DNA from: Azolla caroliniana
Taxonomy: Eukaryota > Plantae > Polypodiophyta
NCBI GenBank assembly: GCA_043228905.1
Contig: JBHGNT010000022.1
Span: forward strand, 9,300,001-9,364,000
DNA length: 64,000 nt
Direction: 5' to 3'
The notes under the pieces were generated by a model. The model worked only from the letters and a program-made list of their open reading frames with translations, did not search any database and was not told the DNA's origin. This document shows positions 49,903 through 61,126 of this stretch, piece by piece. Made by a program: the position numbers and the translations under genes. Numbering within the stretch: the first letter of the stretch is position 1; each line of letters starts with the position of its first letter.

Positions 49903-51510
49903 TTGCCCCTCACGGAACTAACACAGAAGAACCGACCATTTGTATGGACCTCAAGGGCAACTGATGCATTTGATAGCTTGAAGCAAGCATTTACATCTGC
50001 TCCCATTCTAGTCCACGTTGACCTTAAAAAGTCGTTTATCATAGAAGCAGATGCATCTGATTTTGCACTAGGAAGTGTTCTATCGCAAGTAGCGGATGAT
50101 GAGAAATTACATCCAGTTGCATTTCATTCAAGAAAGTTTGAACCTGCAGAAATCAATTATGAAATCCATGACAAAGAATTGTTGGCAATTGTTGATTCTT
50201 TCGAACAACGGCGTCACTTCTTGGAAGGTTCTCCCCACCAAATTATTGTTTACAATGATCATAAAAACCTCACATACTTTCAAAATGCTCGAGTTCTAAA
50301 TCGACGACAAGCTCGGTGGGCACAATTTCTAACACCATTCAACTTTGTGATAACATATTGACTAGGAACACAACAAGGTAAAGCTGATGCCTTATCAAGA
50401 CACTGTTATTTTGCACCAAAACCGGGGGACCCAACTTACGACAATCAAGAACAAGTCCTTTTGAGCCCTAGTCGTCTATGATTAATGGTGATAAATGTTG
50501 CTGAGACAACTTTGGATTCAAAATTTCTCGATTCTATTCGCTCGAGCATTGGTTCAGATGATTTTGCACAAGATATTTTAGACCACATTGTTCCAGATCG
50601 TGCTTCTTGTTCACGCTCCAAGTTTTCTCGCATGGATTATGGGAACTTCAGTTGGCATGATGGGTTGCTTTTTCAAAACAACCGTACTTATATTCCCGAT
50701 GAACCTTTTCGACTTGAAGTCTTGCATCACTGCCACGATTCACCGCTAGCTGGACATTTCAGAGTTTTGAAAACATTAGAGTTAGTTACCCGAAACTATT
50801 GGTGGCCTCAGGTTCGTCAGTTTGTCATAGATTATGTTTCTACTTGTGATGTATGTTGTCGATCAAAGATGCCTCGACATCGGCCATATGGTTTGTTGCA
50901 CCCATTGCCCATTCCAGATGGTCCGTGGAAATCCATTTCTATCGATTTCATCACAGATCTCCCATCTTCCCAAGGCTATGATGCAATTCTTACAGTGGTG
51001 GATCACTTTACAAAAATGGCACATTTTCTTCCATGTAGAAAAACATTTACTAGTCAAGAATTGACAAGTCTTGTTATGCGAGAAGTTTTCAAGCACCATG
51101 GCCTTCCAGATGAAATCATTAGTGATCGTGGACCACAATTTATTGCAAAGTTTTCGACACACTTACTTGAGAGCCTTGGAATTTCTCGTAAACTATCTTT
51201 AAGCTACCATCCTCAAACCGATGGGCAAATGGAACGCACAAATCAAACATTAGAACAATATCTCCATTGCTTTATCAACTATCAACAAGATGATTGGATG
51301 GATTTCTTACATATGGCAGAATTTGCTTGCAATAATTCAATCCATTCTTCTACGGGATTCACTCCGTTCTTTGCAAACACAGGATATTATCCTCGATGGA
51401 TGATGCTTCAATTTCCAAAAGTCTCAAAAAATCCCACGGTCAAAGATCGTCTAGAAAAATCAAAGAAATCATTCCCGATCTCCTGCTGGCGCTCCTATTT
51501 TTTTTGTTAA
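49903..51510 (+). pseudogene. pol: Tcn1-like pol fragment (duplicate)
   Basis: RNase H and integrase motifs as at 5805-7378, with fewer stops. Confidence 0.92.
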
Positions 51511-51803
51511 GAAAAGAAGATAATAACAAACGAGAAGACGTTTACAAGACAAAAATACAAGAATTTCTATTACCGGAAACCGAGATTACAAGGTTGTTGA
51601 AGACTGGTGTTGAACCGGAATGGTTCAACACTAAGCAGATCTTCAACTTGTATACTGTACATCAGAATGTGCATGATCGCCATATGGCATACATGCTATG
51701 CGCCACTTGGCGTACAGGGTGCATGCCATTTGGCGGTCATCTAATGTGTCTAGTGCTCTAGAGTTCTTGAATAATAATAATATGAAAATATATTTATTAA
51801 TGA

Positions 51804-51872
51804 AAATGAGTTGGTGCAATGGTTGAAGCGTAAGACCATTGTTTCAAGGTCACAAGTTCAAACCTTCATATT
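51804..51872 (+). promoter_or_regulatory. tRNA-like module (duplicate of 7712-7779)
   Basis: Identical A-box/B-box sequence. Confidence 0.65.
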
Positions 51873-53999
51873 AATATTTTGTGACAATATCCTCCTACTG
51901 CCTCGTTTCACGTCGGATTCACCAAAGATGTCACGAAAATATGTGAACTTTGAGGCAGGACCCCGGGGCCTCCGACCGGAAGATATCAAATTCCTATGAT
52001 TATATGAAACAATTAATACAAAATGATAAAGATTAACAAATTTCATTAATAAAGGGAAAGAAAGATTACAATCAATCTTAAGATTGAGATTACAAAAGTT
52101 TTATCTTAAGGAGATTGCTAGAATAATAGATTAGAAGAAACTAAGATATGGATTCCATAGAGATTTAGGGTTCTTGGCTTTGATAAGAGATTATGGTTAC
52201 ATGAGTATTATGGCTTCCGTAGGGAAGATTAGCGTTTTTTAGTGTTATGGCTTCCGTAGGGAAGATTATGGTTTTTGGATTCCGTAAGGAAATTAGGGTT
52301 TATGAGAGATATGGCTTCCCTAAGATAAGGGAGTTGAGAAGGAGAAGAAAAAGAAATATAATATGGAGAGAGCTTGAGTGTAGGAAAAAAAAAATGAAAT
52401 TTTATATGGAGTTCTCCTTTTGATCATCAGCATGTCCACTTTTTGTTGCATGGCCTCTACTTTTAGTTGCTTAGCTTATTCTTTTAGTTGCATCTATTTT
52501 TAGTTGCATGGCTTTTTCGTTTAGTTGCATGTGACCGTCCACATGACCTTTACTTTTTACATGCACTCTAACTTTAGTTGCTTGCGTCCACATGGCCTTT
52601 ACTTTAGTTCTCTTCACTTTACTTTAGTTTGTTGCATGATCCAATCTTCCGTCTGTCCGTGTTCAACCTCAAGGTACTTATATAGCCAGGGCCTTAAGTT
52701 TCCTATCTATGTGGGATAGTTCTAATTTCCATATCTTCTCAAACATTATTTTCACATAACTTGATATGTATTTCTACATTTTGTATATAGTAAAATACAT
52801 TTTGAAGCTCTTGAGTATATCCATCTTTCTATAGTAAGCTACTAATCTAATCTATAATAATTATTTCATTACTTTTTTACATAGTGTGTGAAGATTCACA
52901 CAACAACGTGGATGCGCGGTCGGGACTTTTGCGCGCGGATGCGTCTACGGTTTGGTTGCGACGCACATACGGATTGCGCATGGGCTAAACTTTATGGATG
53001 ATTGGGTCATTTGGCCAAATTATACGGATGGTCGCATGCAACTAAAAGTCAAGGCCATGCAACTAAAAAGGGAAGCATCCAACTAAAAATAGAGGCCATG
53101 GAACTAAAAGTGGACATGCAAAGTAACATTGGGAAGGAGGATCAACAAAGAGATCGATTTATGTTCCATTTTCCCTCTACCTTTTTTTTTTCCTCTTCCT
53201 TCTTCTTCTTCTCTCTCCAATTTCCTTGGGGAACCAATTATCTCTCAGATTGATATCAAAATCTTGGCTTGGCTTGCTCAATCTTTCTTATCAAAAATGA
53301 TCTCTCATATTCATATTGGACCACTCCTTACATGGTTGTTGGCTCCTTTCTTAAAATAAATTTATCTCTCATTTTCATCTCCAACCCGTTGCAACAAGAT
53401 TCTTGAATTATAAAAGAATCTATTTTCTTATGCAATAAACGAACATTTTCTCTCATCTACTCGTCTTATATGTGAATTTTGGTTGTGTTGTACGTGTTGC
53501 AGTAAATGCTTCTAATCTAGAACCCCGGCGGTTCCGTCTCGCGATCCGCACATAGTGACAGATTTTCACAATAGCGAGACCACCGGGGTCCTGGACCGAA
53601 AGGATTCGATGTTTTTAGCAGCGTAAGCGAGAAAGTATTGAAGATAGATAGATGGATGAAGAGAGAGAGAGAAATTGAGATAGAGATTGAACCCTTGACT
53701 TTAGTTTTACGAGACAAGATACATCACCATTAGGATAACTTTGATCTTTGATTAAAAGTTTCTTTTTTTACTTATATCACTTGCCTCTCTTACACAAGCC
53801 CAACTATAGGCTTTGATAGGTCTCTCCATGCAAAAACCATGGGCTAAACCCACAGGATTAAACCATGGGTTAAAACCACAAGCCGAAACCATGGGCTAAA
53901 ACCACAGGCTAAAACCATGGTTTTGTGCCCACGGTTTCTATATGTTTGCTTCCTACAAAATACTGAATATGAAAAGAAAATATACAAATTTTATAGCAC

Positions 54000-54074
54000 T
54001 CAGTAGTGACTTTAGTGGTAAGTTAATTTGTCTCCTACATTGGAGGTGCAAGGTTCAAGCCTTGCTTTCACCCC
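54000..54074 (+). promoter_or_regulatory. tRNA-like module (duplicate of 9644-9718)
   Basis: Identical sequence. Confidence 0.75.
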
Positions 54075-54511
54075 TATGTATGCACTTAAATGTTACTAGG
54101 CTTTAGTCTTAGTTTTTATATTTACAATTGAGCGCACATCACACGTGCACATGTTTAACTTTACATCTACCTTTTCTTTTTCTTTCTTTCTTTTTACCAT
54201 AAAACATATTGTGGTGGTCACATGGACCACACCTAGATTAGGCCCCTACCAAGCCCCATGCACCACACATAGACCACACCCAAATTAGGCCTCTACCAAG
54301 CCTCATGCACCACACCCAAACTAGGCCCCCACCAAGCCCCATAATTAGTAGAGCTAATTGGAGCGGGAGAACACCCTCCACGCTAAGAGAGAGTCTATAA
54401 AATGTAACTTGAGACATAATGAAAGGGGGTTATTCTTGAGAGCATTTCACATCTTGGTGGAGAAGACGGGCCAAGCCACCCCAACTCACGACCCCAACAA
54501 CGCCCGCCACG

Positions 54512-55462
54512 ATGCAACACGACAACAATGATGACAACGCAAACTCGATGAATCCGGAATTCCTACAACACAATCAAGGACACCAGCCCACATCGCCAAT
54601 CGACCAACTGGTTCAAGCTCTGTCCAACATCATTTTACAAGTTAACCATACTAACCAAGCCATGTTGTCCTTTCTTTCAGCACGATCCGAGCCACAACAA
54701 AATCTCCCGGACTCTCGAGTTCGCCCAAAACCGTTCTCCGGCCTACCATCGGAAGACGTCCTCTCTTGGCTGGATCATTTCGAAATGGTGGCCAGTTACC
54801 ACCAGTGGCCACACCCTCGGAAGGCAATGGAGATGAAGACACTCCTCAAGAATATCGCGGCAACATGGCTTGTACAACAACCCGAAGAGACACGCAACGA
54901 CTGGGATCTGTTACGGGCAGCCATGATTCGGAATTTTGCTCATCAAGACTCCCGCCAGACAGCCCTACAACAACTTGAGTCAATTACCCAACAACCACGC
55001 GAACCCATCACCCAGTTCGCGGTTCGTTTTGTGCAGATCCTACGCCGGGCTGACGCCAACATGTCGGAGGACATGAAGTTGTTTTTTTTCTGGCCGCGTA
55101 TATGACATGACCTCCGCCGCTATGTACGCGATCAAGGCCCGACGACACTACACGAAGCCATCCTCACTGCCCAACGCATCGAAGCTGCAGACGCGCACGA
55201 CATGCACACACCAGGTAATCTCAGTCATGATCATACAAACACTATACCAGCCGTCACTCCCATGGACATCGACATCCAGAACGCGCAATTACGTGCCAAG
55301 CGTGCATTGCCCGAACGAGACAGCCAGGGACGCCCCAAATGTTTCTACTGCAACAACTATGGCCACATTCGGCTTCACTGCCGAAAGTGGCAGAATCACC
55401 AACAGAAGCAGAACGTCCAATTAGCTGACGTTGCCTCCCTCTCTGAGCTCCCGGAAAACTAA
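54512..55462 (+). pseudogene. gag: Gypsy gag (stop at ~55103; CCHC CFYCNNYGHIRLHC)
   Basis: PKPFSG..DVLSWLDHFE capsid-like motif, TPMDID, zinc knuckle. Confidence 0.9.
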
Positions 55463-58400
55463 TGCGCGGGGTGCCGCAGGGAGAGCCGCCCCCGCACGTC
55501 CACGCCTCCACTTCATCAACTTCGCCCGTTTGTACCACAATCGCCTGCCTCTAGCACACGACCCAAGAAGTTCTCCTCGACTCCGGCAGTAGCATCTCTT
55601 CCATCAGCGCAGATTTAGTCACCCAATTACAACTTCCCACGAGCCACGCACCGCCCATTAAAATCCTCTTCGGCGACCAACAACGGGTGTACCACTCACA
55701 TACGCAAGTCAGGTGCATGCTCACCATTAGTTCCGCCTAGATCCACCATCGTTTCTACGTCCTCCCGCGCCAGTCGTTCCCAATCACCTTGGGATGTGAT
55801 TGGTTCCTCCATAGTCGAGCCTGTCTCGATTTCTCCGCACAACAGCTCATCCTCCCAAATCACATTCCGATCGCGCTCTTCACTACTCCGCGGGATATCA
55901 CCCACATCAGCAACACACAGTACCTGATATCACCGGCGGAGCGCATCAACGACATCAGACGGCTCCTCGCCACCTTTCCCTCGTTGTCTACACCACCTGT
56001 AAAACCTCCCTCGGTCCGTTTTCCGATTCACCACACGATTCCTACAGGCAACGCCCGCCCCATCAACGCAGCTCCCCGACGTCGCTCGCCTCTCGACCAC
56101 GAGCGCATCGACAACGCCGTCAAAACTATGCTCCAACAAGGGATTATCACACCTTCCAAGAGCGAGTGGATCTCGGAGCCACACATGGTAAAGAAAGGGG
56201 ATGGTTCTTACCGCTTTTGTGTCGACTTCCGACAACTGAACCATGTCACCACCCATGACCGATACCCTCTCCCTCGTATCGATGACCTCCTCGACCAGCT
56301 TGGTAAATCAAAGTACTTCACCTCCCTCGATCTAGCCTCGGGATATTGGCAGATCCCGATGAATCCTCACGATGCCCACAAAACTGCATTCCGCACTAGG
56401 AAAGGCATTTTTCAGTTCACATGGATGCCCTTTGGCCTACCTGATGCGGGGAGCACATTCCAGCGAATGGCTAATGCCATCTTCGATGATCTCATCACCC
56501 GCTGTGTCGTCATCGTCTATATAGACGATATTCTGGTACATACAAGCACTTGGGCAGAACACCTTCAAGTCCTTCGGGAGGTCCTAACTTGTGTTCAACG
56601 CTATCGATTGCAGCTGCAATGGAAGAAGTGCCGATGGGGTAGTACGTGCCTCCGCTTCCTTGGGTACGTCATCTCCTCCGACGGAATACAAATGGACCCG
56701 GAGAAGACAGAAGCAGTCCAAAAATTCCCACGCCCCACCACAGTCAAGCAGCTTCAACGCTTCCTCGGCCTCCTCACGTTCTCTCTTCGTTTCATCCCAC
56801 GGCTAGCCGACCTGTCAGCCCCACTACGCGCGCTCCTACAAAAAGACGCACCCTTCCTGTGGACCGAAGCCTGCGAATCCAGCTTTCTACAGCTCAAGAG
56901 AACACTCCAAGCCTCTGACCTCCTGGCCCACCCTGATTTCACGAAGCCTTTCCATCTGCAGACGGATGCCTCCAATGTCGGCCTTGGTGCGGTCCTGCTC
57001 CAATCCGACGACAACGACCAACTCCGCCCGATTGCCTACATCAGTCGGTCACTTACCAAAGCCGAACAAAATTACTCGACAACTGAAAAAGAGTTCCTCG
57101 CCATCGTCTGGGCATTCCATCGTTTCCACCCATACCTTCACGGATCAAATACATCAGTCGAAACCGACCATCAGCCATTGCTCTCCCTCATAAAGAAGGC
57201 TCATCCACCCGGCCGCTTACTTCGTTGGGTTTTGGCGCTACAGGATTACACATTCACTCTGTGCTATCGCCATGGTCCACAAAACATCGTCGCCGATGGA
57301 TTATCCCGCATATCCTTTCAGACGAACCAGATCACCTCCAACACAATCGATTTCCCCATATCCTCGTCCCAAATGGCCAACATGCAACAACACGACAAAC
57401 AAATCCAAGATATCTGCCACCGCCTACGAGCTGAACCAACATCATCCCTCACCAAGCAATTCATGATCCAGGATAATGTCCTACTTTTTTGTCAAGTAGG
57501 CAAAGAACCCCGAGTCTACGTGCCTGAGCAACTACGCCAGTCTTACCTTCGTTTCTTCCACGATCACCCGTTGTCCGGCCACTTGGGTTTTCATAAGGTG
57601 CTCGACAAAATTCGTCGCAAATTCTATTGGCCTGGGCTACGCCACGAGGTCGCCTCCTACATCAAAGCATGCAACTTATGTCAAGCCATCAAATCACCTC
57701 AAGTAGCTCAAGGCCTCTTACATCCGATACAAGTTCAAGCTCCATTTGAAATCGTCGGATGGGACATTATGGGCCCCTTTCCCGAGTCACAAGGAGGGAA
57801 CAAATTCATCCTCGTCATCACCGAGTACTTGACGCGTTGGGCTGAGACGGCCGCTATCCCAGATGCAAAGGCTATGACCATCGCCTCCAAACTATTGGAG
57901 AAAATCATCTTCCCCCACGGTTGCCCACTCCAAATCTTGTCCGATCGAGGACCCCAGTTCAACGGTGAGCTCCTACGCCTCGTTTCAACACAACTAGGAA
58001 TCCAACAGTTATTCACGTCACCCTACCATCCACAAACGAATGGGTTGACGGAGCGCCTCAATCAAACCTTAAAACAACAAATCTCAGCCTACATCGATCC
58101 GCTGCACTCAACCTGGGACCGAATCTTGCCCTTCGTTACGCATGCCTACAACACAACGGTGCAAGCCTCTACCCGCATTAGCCCATTTCGGGCCCTTTAC
58201 GGAAGGGACCCGCGCTTACCCCCGGAAGTGGCAGTCCCGCAACCAACCACACGACTCCACGCTGATGCAGTGTCTTGGTGGTCCCACCTACAACAACTCC
58301 AGCCCCTCCTCCGCAAAGCCATCACGAGCAACCTGCACCAGGCACAACTACGCCAAAAACGACAACACGATATAGGCCGTGTCGACCATCAATACCACGT

Positions 58401-58686
58401 CGGTGACAAAGTCCTCGTCTACTTCCCCATCCGTCGTCGCGGTCTCAGCGAATCGCTCATGCACCGATGGATCGGTCCCTTCAAAGTTCAAAAGCAGATA
58501 CGCGACACTACATACCTGCTCCGCCGCGCCTCCAACAACCGCTCTACCTTTGCTCACCAGTCTCGCATGAAGCCCTTCCATCAACTACCACCGCCCCCAC
58601 CCACACTCATGCCTACGCCCACGCCCGTGTCATCCCCCCGTCTGGAACCGTCGTCCACGCCTCGTCGCGCTTCGACGGCACAGTAA
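55453..58686 (+). CDS. pol: Gypsy pol; RT-RNase H-integrase open for 965 aa (55789-58686), protease (LLDSGS) upstream with stops
   Basis: LDLASGYWQI, YIDDILV, TDASNVGLGAVL, HDHPLSGHLG, WDIMGPF, SDRGPQF, YHPQTNGLTER, WIGPF. Confidence 0.93.
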
Positions 58687-60491
58687 CTTTTTTTTTTACA
58701 AGGGGGAATTGTGGTGGTCACATGGACCACACCTAGATTAGGCCCCTACCAAGCCCCATGCACCACACATAGACCACAACCAAGCCTCATGCACCACACC
58801 CAAACTAGGCCCCCACCAAGCCCCATAATTAGTAGAGCTAATTGGAGCGGGAGAACACCCTCCACGCTAAGAGAGAGTCTATAAAATGTAACTTGAGACA
58901 TAATGAAAGGGGGCTATTCTTGAGAGCATTTCACATCTTGAGCATTTCACAATATGCTCCATTGGTATTAATAAAAGGCCCGGAGGCAGTATACAAATAG
59001 TACATAATATTGTTTCATCTCCACAAATATATTCATCAAAAACAAGACCAAATATAAGCTTTGGCATTTATCAAGATACTACTAATTATAATCCATGAAT
59101 ATAATTCTCAGCCTTGTCACTAACACCTTTATTAGGTAGAAGACCACATCTAAAAACGAAAACAATCTCCAACCTAGTTGTCCACCCTGGCTGGTAGTTT
59201 GAAAACTTCTTGTTCGCCTTTTGTTTCGCAAGTATTGAAGCTACATCTAGCTTTTCTTTTACGATTCTCATTTCAGTACTATTTACAACATGCTAGCATA
59301 TGCATGTGGCCTTTATCCCTTTCTCACGTGCACATTGCATCTTCTTGATTTCGTTTGTTGCACAGAATTTTCACACTGTTGCCGAAAATCTTCACGACAA
59401 CGTGAATATTAGACACTTCACAGTCTAGAGTAGAACAGAATTGCCGAGCGGATGAATCAGACAATTCAAGAAAGGATAGTCTCCATGCTCCAACACTCTG
59501 AACTATCGGATGGCTTCTGGGCAAAGGCCCTACTTACGACAGTACACATAATCAACATGTCGCCAAGTAGGCCTCAAGGACTTTGAATACCTTAGGAATT
59601 ATGGACTGATAGTAAGCCGAATTATGACAAGCTGATGATTTTCGGATGTGAGGCATTCACCCTCACACCGGAAGACAATCACCGAAAACTCGAACCAAAG
59701 TCTAGGAAATGCATTTTCCTTGGTTATGGACCAGATGGCGAAATCGGATACCGATTCTGGAACCTCGAGCACAGACAAATCGCCCGAAGTTCGGACGCAG
59801 TGTTCAATGAGTCGACTATGCACAAGATGGTTGAAAGGCCTATCGAAGTTCGAAGGGTAACTTTTTCCGAAGTGCTGACCCTTCAAGAAGGCTCAACACA
59901 CGACATGAGGTCGGCGTCACGGGTAGCTGAAACCTCTAGCACCGACTCAACACTGCTCGACTCGGCACAACTGAATGTTTCGGCTTTTGACCATCCGACC
60001 TCGATACCCAATGTGATTAGTCTAGTCCTACCGAGAAGTTCCGAGAGACTGTCACAACTCCCGGAGAGATACTCTCCTGGAATCTTCTTTAACGGACGCC
60101 GACGAACCAACGTCATATGAAGAAGCATTGGCATCTGCCGATTTGGCCACATGGCATTTGGCGATGGCGTTGCCGTGGTGTCGATCTCCTAGAAGCGTAG
60201 CATTGCGTAGACATAAGACAACGTGAAAGTGAGGAAGGAATCACTGGGATTTTGGACGGAAGAGACGAAAGAGTGGAAATAGATAAATAGTGATCAACAA
60301 GATATGACAAGATAGGATATAGAATGATAATTGAAGCAATAAAAGTGATTTATAATTATTTCATGAAAGAGTTACAAAATAGTTGCGAGCGTTGTTGAAT
60401 TCGAACTTTGTCTCACAAGGTAGACCACAATCTTCGCTTCTATCACTCTTCTCTTTCTCGATAGTAGACCACAATATTCTCTTATATCTTT

Positions 60492-60562
60492 CAATGAGAT
60501 AAGACTCGAACCTCCACCTTTTCATTGCGAGTTGAGCACTGCCGCCGCCAAGCTAGTTCTTC
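60492..60562 (-). promoter_or_regulatory. tRNA-like module (sense to LTR)
   Basis: Minus strand TAGCTTGGCGG...CTCGCAA...GGTTCGAGTC. Confidence 0.6.
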
Positions 60563-60878
60563 TCTTGTCTTTTGAAGATTGTATATAGCTTTTACCTTCT
60601 CTCCCTCTTTCTCTATTATGATATCTCTTACAACATAATTTTTCTCAATTCCATACAATAATTCTATTCAATATGATTGATTGATTCCTTGATATCCTTG
60701 TGACTACACTCCCTTCTCCTTTTATAGGAAGGGGATGGTTTCGCATGTGGGCCATATGTCACACATGCAAAGAGGGCTCTTGCATGTGTGCTATATGGTG
60801 CACATGTAGTACGTTACATGGTTTAGACTATACAATGCTACTTCAAATAAAACAACACATTTTGTTTTACTCATATAA

Positions 60879-60950
60879 TGAGTATTGGCTAAATGGTAGG
60901 CTTTGAGGTTCATAATGTGGAGGTTGTTGGTTCAAGTCTTCTCTCGCCCA
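60879..60950 (+). promoter_or_regulatory. tRNA-Met-like module
   Basis: TGGCTAAATGG, loop TTCATAA, GGTTCAAGTCttctctcgccca. Confidence 0.72.
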
Positions 60951-61055
60951 TGTAATACAATATATGGTGCACATGTAGTACATTATATGTTTTAGGATTT
61001 AAACCATACAATATTACTTCAAATTAAACCACACATATAGTTTTATACAGACTAC

Positions 61056-61126
61056 AATTATAGGGTAAATGGCAAGGTTTTAGAGTCATAAGGTGGGGGT
61101 TATTAGTTCAAGTCCTCTCTTGTCCA
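61056..61126 (+). promoter_or_regulatory. tRNA-like module, second unit of a ~170-bp tandem duplication
   Basis: AGGGTAAATGG, loop GTCATAA, AGTTCAAGTCctctcttgtcca; unit marker tatatggtgcacatgtagtac at 60793 and 60961. Confidence 0.62.

Larger units (their letters stand above)
54210..58951 (+). mobile_element. Compact full-length Ty3/gypsy without chromodomain; LTRs 54210-54451 and 58710-58951; tRNA-Ala-type PBS; 4-bp TSD
   Basis: TGTGGTGG..TTTCACA LTRs; TSD ATAT/ATAT confirmed by empty site aaaacATATgctcc at ~9850; PBS TGGTGGAGAAGACGGG at 54455; PPT aagggggaat. Confidence 0.97.
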
